This document shows positions 7,144 through 14,779 of a stretch of 24,000 nt of DNA, in pieces. Positions within the stretch are counted from its first letter, which is position 1. Each line of letters begins with the position of its first letter. The notes under the pieces were generated by a model that was not told the DNA's origin, ran no database searches, and saw only the letters and a program-made list of their open reading frames with translations. Source of the DNA: an uncultured Cohaesibacter sp. (GTDB taxonomy: Bacteria; Pseudomonadota; Alphaproteobacteria; Rhizobiales; Cohaesibacteraceae); NCBI GenBank assembly GCA_963677725.1, contig OY782507.1:4298171-4322170 (forward strand), written 5' to 3'. Made by a program: the position numbers and the translations under genes.

Positions 7144-9441
7144 TTACGGATGTCCGCGTTTCAGATCCTTGGATATTGAAAGTGGCCGGTTATAGATGCG
7201 TGCCTCATAGACCTGCAAATTCTCCATCAGCTTCATGACATAATCGCGGGTTTCGGTGAAGGGGATCCGCTCCACCCAGTCAATGGCGCTGACGCGCGCT
7301 GTTCGCGGGTCGCCAAAGCGTTCGATCCATTGCGGTGGACGACCCGGCCCCGCATTGTAAGCCGCGAAGGTGAGAATGTAGGAGCCGCCGAACCGGTCCA
7401 GATTTTCCTTGAGAAAATGGCTGCCCAGCCGCACCGCATATTTGGGGTCGCTTGTCAGCTTGGCGCGTGAATAGCGTAAGCCGAGTTTGCGCGCCGTGCG
7501 TTTGGCGGTGGCTGGCAGCATTTGCATCAGGCCACGTGCGTTGGCGTGGCTGACGGCCTGAATGTTGAACACGCTTTCCTGTTTGGTCAGCGCGTAAATC
7601 AGGGCCTTGTCAACGCCATTGGTCTTTGCCGATCGTGGGATGACATTCAACGGGAAGGCCATCTTGTGGGCTGGCATGTTGCGACTGAGGGCAATCTTGC
7701 CGATTTGCACTGCGTATTGGTGCAGCCCGTAGCTTTGGGCCAGACTGTGCGCTAGCGCGATTTCGGACGGGTCATCAAGGCTGCGGGCCAGATGACGGAA
7801 AATCGGACCGGAGCGCTTGCCATGGCCGACGGCTTTCAACCGTTTGATGGCCCGCACCAGTTCGCGCCGCTCAAACCGCGCCTTGACCGCAGCACTGGCG
7901 GCAGGTGGATGGGACAGGTTTAGCCTCGTCTGGCCAAGCTCTTCGAGCGCCAGCTGGCCATAATAATAAACCGGGTTGGCGGCTGCCTTATAGAATTTCT
8001 CCGCCACCTGTCGATTGCCCGCCGCTTCCCATGCGCGGCCCTGCCAATAAAGGCCGCGGGATTTGTCACGGTCACGGCTCGCCTGTTTCCAACTCTTTTC
8101 GAAATGGATGGCGGCAGTCTTGTGGTCTTTCAGATAGCGCAGGGCAAAGAAGCCCGCATGGAATTCCGCCTCGGAAATATACTTGCCGGACTGGGCGGTG
8201 TGCCTAGCCGCGATTTTGTAGGCGCGCCGGGCATCGCCTTTGTTGAGCATAATGCGCGACAGCAAGCGGCGCTCGATCCACCATTCCCGGTGGTTGATCA
8301 GCTTTTTGGGGTCGCGGGGGGCCTTGATCAACATATCGGCGGCCTTGGTGACTTTGCCACTGCGGCGCAGATATTGAATATAGGAAAAGATGTAGCCGGG
8401 ATCGGACCGCAGAGAGCGCGGCACGGCGCTGAGCTTTTTGCCTGCGTTGCGCTTCTTGCGGATGACCGCGACACGGGCATCGACCAGACGCTTTTGCCCA
8501 CTGGTCAGCAGCTTTTTCAACCGGATTGCACCATTTGCACGCTCGCGGTAGAGCAAATAGCTTGCGCGATGGAAGTGATCTTCGCGGCGCAGGACTTTGC
8601 GCAGGTTGGACAGGATGCGGCTCTCAAGCTTGGCGGAGAGGCCTTCCTCTCGCCAGATTGGGCGGATGATACGCGCTGCCTGTTTCGCTTTGCCTGCACG
8701 GGCATGGGCAATGGCGACCTCGATGGCCGCGCTGGTGGATTTCGGCATCTGATTGCCAAAGGCACGGGACAATGCTGGCCCCGGCGGCGTCTCGCGGGCG
8801 AGGGCTTCCTCAATGCGGCGGACCGTCAGGCTGCGGCTTGGCCAGTTGGTCTTGCGATCATAAAAGGACTTGATCTCATAGGCCGGAAAATTGCGATAGG
8901 CTCCGACGGTCAAAATATAAGTCAGGATTGTCCGATCAAGTGAGGGCTTCATACCCTTGTGAATTGCCAGTGCGGTTTTGGACTTGCGTTTGGAGAGTGC
9001 ATCAAGAGCCTGCTCAAGCGAGCCGCGCTGTGCGGCAATGTCTGTGCGATGGCGCTCCACTTTTGGCAAGGCAGCTCTTCCTGGGTCACCCGCCTTGACT
9101 GGCAGGGCTGCCGCGGCAGTGCTTGACACATTGATCGGTGCCAGCCCCGGTTTGGTTTTTGGCAAGGCCGTCAGCTTCTTGGGGTGATGGCTTGTCTCGA
9201 TGCCGTGGGTATCAATCAAATGCTCAACGGTCTGATGGGTCAGATTGACCGGAGCAGGCGTGACTGTCCCGGCAGGGGCAGGCGCTGGCACGGGTGTGGG
9301 AACGGTGGCCGCCAGAGGGGGGGCATCCGGTTTGGCCTGTGGCAAAGGCTGGCTGCTACCTGCACTTTGGGCGAGGCCGGGGGCGGACAATACGAACAGC
9401 ATTAAGGCCGTTAGCGCAATTCTGTGCATAGATAAGACCAT
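7144..9441 (-). CDS. slt: Soluble lytic murein transglycosylase (Slt70-like), with an N-terminal signal peptide and a Pro/Ala-rich linker
   Basis: The C-terminal SLT domain carries the catalytic motif ESVFNIQAVSHANARGLMQMLPATA, followed by AYNAGPG. A long helical repeat region precedes it, as in Slt70. The signal peptide reads MHRIALTALMLFVLSAPGLAQS. The start is either 9441 or 9429. Confidence 0.85.
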   Translation of the reverse strand: MVLSMHRIALTALMLFVLSAPGLAQSAGSSQPLPQAKPDAPPLAATVPTPVPAPAPAGTVTPAPVNLTHQTVEHLIDTHGIETSHHPKKLTALPKTKPGLAPINVSSTAAAALPVKAGDPGRAALPKVERHRTDIAAQRGSLEQALDALSKRKSKTALAIHKGMKPSLDRTILTYILTVGAYRNFPAYEIKSFYDRKTNWPSRSLTVRRIEEALARETPPGPALSRAFGNQMPKSTSAAIEVAIAHARAGKAKQAARIIRPIWREEGLSAKLESRILSNLRKVLRREDHFHRASYLLYRERANGAIRLKKLLTSGQKRLVDARVAVIRKKRNAGKKLSAVPRSLRSDPGYIFSYIQYLRRSGKVTKAADMLIKAPRDPKKLINHREWWIERRLLSRIMLNKGDARRAYKIAARHTAQSGKYISEAEFHAGFFALRYLKDHKTAAIHFEKSWKQASRDRDKSRGLYWQGRAWEAAGNRQVAEKFYKAAANPVYYYGQLALEELGQTRLNLSHPPAASAAVKARFERRELVRAIKRLKAVGHGKRSGPIFRHLARSLDDPSEIALAHSLAQSYGLHQYAVQIGKIALSRNMPAHKMAFPLNVIPRSAKTNGVDKALIYALTKQESVFNIQAVSHANARGLMQMLPATAKRTARKLGLRYSRAKLTSDPKYAVRLGSHFLKENLDRFGGSYILTFAAYNAGPGRPPQWIERFGDPRTARVSAIDWVERIPFTETRDYVMKLMENLQVYEARIYNRPLSISKDLKRGHP

Positions 9442-9704
9442 ACCTGCTTGAAAATTTACATAATTATCGGTTTATCTTTCTTTGGGACATCAATCTTGCA
9501 AAATTATGATGAACAAATCCCTTCGGTAGATGACAGATTCGATTTTGTTGCATCACAAGCCAAATCATGGTGTTATGCGCGTATGAAATCGGCAATTTGC
9601 CGGAAATGACGGACTATTCGGCAAAATGCCGTAAAATTTCGCCAAAATGACAATAAGCGTACTGAAAAAACAAGATCAGGCCGCGAAAAATGAGGAAATA
9701 CAGC

Positions 9705-10580
9705 ATGTTCAAAGGATCTTGCACCGCTCTTATCACCCCTTTTCGTGACGGCGCTGTGGACTACAAGGCCTTTGAGGCTTTTGTGGATTGGCAAATCAGC
9801 GAAGGCACCCATGGTCTCGTGCCCGTTGGCACCACCGGAGAATCTCCAACGCTGAGCCATGACGAGCATAAAAAGGTCGTTGAGACCTGCGTCAAAGTGG
9901 CCGCCGGTCGTGTGCCTGTGATCGCGGGTGCGGGGTCCAACTCGACCAGCGAAGCGGTCGATCTTGCCAAACATGCCGAGAAAGCCGGCGCTGATGGTGT
10001 GCTGGTGGTGACCCCCTATTACAACAAGCCTTGTCAGGATGGTCTCTATTTGCATTTCAAGGCAGTGGCTGATGCGATTTCCCTGCCGATCATCATGTAT
10101 AACATTCCGCCACGCTCGGTGATCGACATGAGTGTGGAGACCATGGCGCGGCTGTTTGAAGATTGCGAGAATATTGTTGGTGTGAAGGACGCAACCGCGG
10201 ATTTGACCCGAGTGACCCGCCAGCGTCTGGCGATGGGTCCTGAATTTATTCAGCTGTCCGGTGAAGATCCAACCGCACTTGGCTATAATGTGCAGGGCGG
10301 TGTGGGCTGTATTTCAGTCTCTTCCAATGTGGCTCCACGCTTGTGTAGCCGGTTCCAAGAAGCCTGCATGGAAGGCGACTGGACGACCGCGCTCGAGTTG
10401 CACGATCTTTTGTATCCGCTGCATCGCGCCATGTTCCTGCAGCCCAGCCCGGCTGGTGCCAAATATGCGTTGTCCTTGCTAGGAAAAATCGAAAATGAGA
10501 TTCGTCTGCCGCTGATCTCTGCCAAGGAAGAGGTGAAAGCCGAAATTGAAGATGCAATGAAGGTTGCAGGTCTGATCTAA
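9705..10580 (+). CDS. dapA: 4-hydroxy-tetrahydrodipicolinate synthase
   Basis: The protein begins [13 protein letters not shown]....VDY.AF...[26 protein letters not shown], and continues with the typical DapA blocks ([21 protein letters not shown]). GAGGA lies 8 nt before ATG 9705. The ORF track's ATG 9690 is less likely. Confidence 0.95.
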   Translation: MFKGSCTALITPFRDGAVDYKAFEAFVDWQISEGTHGLVPVGTTGESPTLSHDEHKKVVETCVKVAAGRVPVIAGAGSNSTSEAVDLAKHAEKAGADGVLVVTPYYNKPCQDGLYLHFKAVADAISLPIIMYNIPPRSVIDMSVETMARLFEDCENIVGVKDATADLTRVTRQRLAMGPEFIQLSGEDPTALGYNVQGGVGCISVSSNVAPRLCSRFQEACMEGDWTTALELHDLLYPLHRAMFLQPSPAGAKYALSLLGKIENEIRLPLISAKEEVKAEIEDAMKVAGLI

Positions 10581-10599
10581 AGGGCTTATCTGTGTTCCC

Positions 10600-11082
10600 A
10601 TGGCACAGAAAAAGAAAAAAAGCGATCCGAACAACCGTGTAGTCGCGGAGAATCGGAAAGCGCGACACAATTATGAGATCGGCGATGTGGTCGAGGCGGG
10701 GCTGCAGCTCAAGGGCACGGAAGTGAAGTCCTTGCGGCTGGGGGTCGCGAACATTGCCGAATCCTATGCGTCGGACGAGAACGGTGAAATTGTCCTGATC
10801 AATTCCAACATTCCCGAATATGATCAGGGCAACCGGTTCAATCACGAACCGCGCCGTCCACGCAAATTGCTGCTTCATAAGCGGGAAATCGCCAAATTGC
10901 TGCAAGGGGTGCAACGGGACGGGATGACCATCGTGCCGCTGAAACTCTATTTCAACGACAAGGGCATTGCCAAGCTGGCCATTGCGTTGGCGAAGGGCAA
11001 AAAGGACTATGACAAGCGGCAGGATGCGAAAAAACGCGACTGGCAGCGCGACAAGGCTCGCCTGATGCGTGAGCGGGGCTAG
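10600..11082 (+). CDS. smpB: SsrA-binding protein SmpB
   Basis: A 160-aa protein with [10 protein letters not shown]...[15 protein letters not shown]...NIPEY......[18 protein letters not shown] and a basic C-terminal tail. These are canonical SmpB blocks. The dapA-smpB adjacency is conserved. Confidence 0.95.
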   Translation: MAQKKKKSDPNNRVVAENRKARHNYEIGDVVEAGLQLKGTEVKSLRLGVANIAESYASDENGEIVLINSNIPEYDQGNRFNHEPRRPRKLLLHKREIAKLLQGVQRDGMTIVPLKLYFNDKGIAKLAIALAKGKKDYDKRQDAKKRDWQRDKARLMRERG

Positions 11083-11296
11083 AAGCCTATCGCCCTTGAT
11101 GGGCAGGCATTCTTTGCGGGGAGGGCTGTGTCAGCTTTCCTGCTTGATTGCCTCATGAAGGGCAAGACGCGGATTCTCTTATTTTTTGCACGGCTATGCA
11201 AGCAGAACAAATCAGCCCTTCAAGGAAAGAAGGGGAAAACCGGATTTGGGGGTTTCATATTCTGCTAAGGCCTCTATAAAGATGACACTTCCATGA

Positions 11297-11374
<78 letters not shown>

Positions 11375-11456
11375 CTTCAAGAATTCCGGTTTCTTGACTT
11401 GTCTTTTGACAAGCGGTTCGTTATGGATTGCGCGAAGCACTTAAGTGCTGTCTTGG

Positions 11457-11534
<78 letters not shown>

Positions 11535-11575
11535 CACTCCCCTTCATTCAGCGTGATGAGGGTCTGTGTCCCAAG

Positions 11576-11612
11576 AAAAGCCGCCATCCGACGGTGGCGC
11601 TCAGCAATTTTT
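11576..11612. terminator. Candidate bidirectional terminator hairpin between the tRNA pair and the convergent GGDEF-EAL gene
   Basis: A 7-bp stem pairs CGCCATC (11582-11588) with GGTGGCG (11593-11599), including one G-U pair, around the loop CGAC. The minus strand continues GCUUUUCUU. The plus strand has a more distant U tract (CAAUUUUUCU). Confidence 0.4.
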
Positions 11613-11690
11613 CTCTATTTCCCGATCAAAATCTGTCGCTGACGGTTTTAAGTCAAAATGGACCGGATTTAGCTTGGATCACATTGGTGC

Positions 11691-14507
11691 TTATCTGGCG
11701 TTGCTTGTTTTTGTTTGGGTTTGGTTGTCTTTGTTGGCTGAGAAGAGGCGTACGAAGTCTTCATATTGCTCTTGTGGCATGGGGCGGGCGAAGAGGTAGC
11801 CTTGGAATTCGTTGCAGCCGATCGACTGCAGGAAGTCGCGCTGCTGTTCATTCTCAACCCCTTCTGCAATCACGGAAAGCTCAAGCGTTTGGCTGAGGGC
11901 GACAATGGTCTTGGCGATTGCCACATCATTGGGTTCATGCGGCAGGGCCTGAACGAAGCTCTGATCGATCTTGAGCTGATCAAGGGGCAGCTTCTTGAGA
12001 TAGAACAGGGACGAGTAGCCGGTGCCGAAGTCATCAAGCGAGAAGCACACACCGCGTTTGCGCAGCAGCTCCATTTTTCCAATGACTTCCTCGGCCTTGT
12101 CAACCAACAGGCTTTCGGTGATTTCCAGTTTGAGTTTGCGTGCCGGGGCACCCGAACGCTCCAGAGCGCCCAAAACCCCATCGACAAAGTCAAACCGATG
12201 CAACTGAATGGCACTGACATTCACCGACAAGGTTAGAGCTTCCATGGCAGGATGGTCTTGCCAGGCGGCCAGCTGGTCACATGCGGTTTCCAGGATCCAG
12301 TTGCCCAGTCTGGTGATCAGCCCACAGCTTTCCGCGATTGGAATAAAGACCGAAGGGGGCACAAATCCCAGTTCGGGATGGGGCCATCTCACAAGAGCTT
12401 CTGCTCCGGTCACCGCGCCTTTGCTGGAGATTTGGGGCTGATAGAAGAGTTTCAGGTCCTCATTGTTGATCGCCAGATGCAGGTCCTGTTCCAGCTTCAT
12501 CCGGTCAGCCAGATCCTCCTGAAGTTCGGGATCAAAGAAGCGGACAATATTGCGTCCGTCCTTTTTAGCCTGATACATGGCGATGTCGGCATGTTTGAGG
12601 ATCTCTTCATAAGAGCTGTCATCCGGCCCGAAGGTGGCAATGCCTATGCTCGTTGTGCAGCGATGCTCGATCCCGCATAGCTGGAAGGATTGTTCGAAGG
12701 CATCAAGCACACTGAATGAGAATATCTCTGCATCAAGGGCCGCTTCACTGGCTGTTTCCCCCGCAAGGGAGGGCATCAGGATGACAAATTCATCGCCCCC
12801 AAAGCGGGCGACCGTTTGCTCCGCCCCAACGCTTGCCTGAAGGCGCTGTGCTGCCGCCATGAGCAGCTCGTCGCCCGCATCATGGCCCAGGGTGTCATTG
12901 AGGGATTTGAAGTTGTCCAAATCCAAAAACATGATCGCGGAAAAGGTGCCTTTTTTGGCATTCACCTTGAGGGCGTTCTGCAGCCGGTCGATCAGGAGCG
13001 AGCGATTGGGCAGGCCCGTCAGCTGATCGAAGAAGGCGAGCTGACGCACCCTTTCTTCGGCCCGCTTCTGGACCGACAAATCGTAGAATGTCAGAATGTG
13101 ATGGGTTGTGGTGCCCGTCTCGTCCAGAACGGGGGAGACGGCCAACCAGCGCTCGACCAACATGCCGGACTTGTTTCTGAACCGCACTTCGCCCTGCCAT
13201 CCCTGACCGGTTTCAATGGACAGCCAGAATTCGCTATAGGCATCCTCAATCTCCAGCTGGCGTTCCAGAAGGTCATTCAGAGATGTCTTTAAAAGCCGAT
13301 ATTTGTCATATTGCAGCAAGTTGAGAAGAGCGGAATTGACTTTCAGGATCATCCGGTCTGAATCAATCACCGCCATTGCTTCAATGCTGTCAAATGCGGT
13401 GGCCGCAATCTGGAGATCAATGTTCATGGCTTCAAGCTCAAGCGTCTTTGTCTTGATTTCGTTTTCGGCCAGTTTGCGGCGGTCAATTTCCTGCTTCAGC
13501 TCGTCATTTTTGTCTGCAAGCAAGGCCCGGTGCTTGTTGATGATGCCGAACTCTTCTTTCAGACGCAGATTTTTGCGTCTGAGTTGATTGAAGCCGATGG
13601 TCAGGATGAACATGAATATGGAAATGCCGAACAATGGCACGGCGTAATTATCGTTCACCGCGCCCCCGGCGAGGTTTCCCTTGGGCTGAAGGGCAAAGAT
13701 TGATGCGGGCACGTTTCTCAAGGGTATCGACACGCCGACCATTTGGCCTTGCTCGGCAGTGGCTTGGATGTCATGGCGCACGTGCCGGGCGGTTTTTGTT
13801 GTTTGCCGATAGGCTGTCAGATAGGGGCTATTGGTGTCGGCCATCCCGTCCGGGCCAAGAAACAGCTTGCCGTCCTGGAAGACCAGATGGACCAGAATAT
13901 CGCGCTTGGTAACACGAAAGCGCAACAGGTCCTGGATTTCGTTGAAGGCACTGATGGTGACAACGCGCCCTTCATAGATGTCGTTGTGATAGACGGGGGC
14001 AAAGGAAACGACATGTTTGCGGTCGATGTCGATGATCGATTGTGCGGCGAATTTTGACGAAGGATCAACCGCCTCGTTGAATTGCGTTTTCTCGCCGACG
14101 CTTGCGATCAGATTTTGCTGGCGATCAAAATAGGCCACATAGCTATAGACGTTGTTTTCCAGCGAATTGGATTTGCGAAGGAAATTGTAGAAGCGTTGTT
14201 CGACTTTCTCGACGCTCTTGGCTATCGCCGCCTCGTCGACCGGCTCCTTGTCTTTGCGCGCAATATAGTGGCTGAGGGCATGGGAGGCGGCGATGCGCTC
14301 TGCGGTTTGCTGCAAGCGATCAAAATGCAACTCGACATCTTCCACCTTGATCTGGGTGGCATTGAGGAAATTCTGATTGGCGAGCGAGAGCATCGATTTG
14401 TGCGTCTCATTCATGTGGAATGCGACAAACGAGGAGATGGCCAAAAACAGGGCTGCGCCGAACAGAGGCCAAAATTCCTGCACTGATCTATACTGAAAGG
14501 GGTTCAT
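11691..14507 (-). CDS. Membrane-anchored sensor diguanylate cyclase/phosphodiesterase. Architecture: TM, periplasmic domain, TM, coiled coil, PAS, GGDEF, EAL.
   Basis: A 938-aa protein. TM1 is FWPLFGAALFLAISSFVAF and TM2 is VPLFGISIFMFILTIGF, with about 250 aa between them. The PAS region ends ...FYDLSVQKRAEERV. The GGDEF motif is intact (RFGGDEFVILM). EAL-domain motifs are intact (EALVRW, DDFGTGYSSL, KIDQSF, AEGVE, QGYLFARP). Confidence 0.9.
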   Translation of the reverse strand: MNPFQYRSVQEFWPLFGAALFLAISSFVAFHMNETHKSMLSLANQNFLNATQIKVEDVELHFDRLQQTAERIAASHALSHYIARKDKEPVDEAAIAKSVEKVEQRFYNFLRKSNSLENNVYSYVAYFDRQQNLIASVGEKTQFNEAVDPSSKFAAQSIIDIDRKHVVSFAPVYHNDIYEGRVVTISAFNEIQDLLRFRVTKRDILVHLVFQDGKLFLGPDGMADTNSPYLTAYRQTTKTARHVRHDIQATAEQGQMVGVSIPLRNVPASIFALQPKGNLAGGAVNDNYAVPLFGISIFMFILTIGFNQLRRKNLRLKEEFGIINKHRALLADKNDELKQEIDRRKLAENEIKTKTLELEAMNIDLQIAATAFDSIEAMAVIDSDRMILKVNSALLNLLQYDKYRLLKTSLNDLLERQLEIEDAYSEFWLSIETGQGWQGEVRFRNKSGMLVERWLAVSPVLDETGTTTHHILTFYDLSVQKRAEERVRQLAFFDQLTGLPNRSLLIDRLQNALKVNAKKGTFSAIMFLDLDNFKSLNDTLGHDAGDELLMAAAQRLQASVGAEQTVARFGGDEFVILMPSLAGETASEAALDAEIFSFSVLDAFEQSFQLCGIEHRCTTSIGIATFGPDDSSYEEILKHADIAMYQAKKDGRNIVRFFDPELQEDLADRMKLEQDLHLAINNEDLKLFYQPQISSKGAVTGAEALVRWPHPELGFVPPSVFIPIAESCGLITRLGNWILETACDQLAAWQDHPAMEALTLSVNVSAIQLHRFDFVDGVLGALERSGAPARKLKLEITESLLVDKAEEVIGKMELLRKRGVCFSLDDFGTGYSSLFYLKKLPLDQLKIDQSFVQALPHEPNDVAIAKTIVALSQTLELSVIAEGVENEQQRDFLQSIGCNEFQGYLFARPMPQEQYEDFVRLFSANKDNQTQTKTSNAR

Positions 14508-14779
14508 TGTGGTTTCCGCTTTGGTTCACAAGATCCACAGCGCCGAGAAGGCGTCTTGATCAGATCCAGGTCGCGCGAACCCATGACAGGATACCGCCCC
14601 AAAGGCGAAGCAGTCCCCATCGAAAAGCAGAGCATGCCCAATGCCCCAAAGGCATTGCCCGCAGCCCCCTTGCTTCCCTCAGCATCAAATTCAAGCCGTT
14701 CCATCCATACCGTCTCACGCGTATATTCCCGTTAAACGGATTAGAACACCCATTGGTAAATAAAGGTTGTGGTCGCGTG

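Noticed and set aside
11083-11296. Possible tmRNA (ssrA) or another sRNA next to smpB.
   Set aside because: The region is only about 214 nt. It has no tRNA-like acceptor/T-arm and no tag-peptide reading frame that I can recognise. Alphaproteobacterial tmRNA is two-piece and usually lies elsewhere. The region more likely holds the smpB terminator and the tRNA promoter.
11566-11896. Plus-strand ORFs of 77 and 100 aa downstream of the tRNAs.
   Set aside because: They overlap the well-supported 3' end of the minus-strand EAL-domain gene. They have no RBS and no recognisable features.
14508-14779. A c-di-GMP (GEMM-type) riboswitch upstream of the GGDEF-EAL gene.
   Set aside because: I could not find the conserved GEMM-I or GEMM-II sequence blocks in either orientation. 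Only the small repeated hairpins, reported separately, are present.
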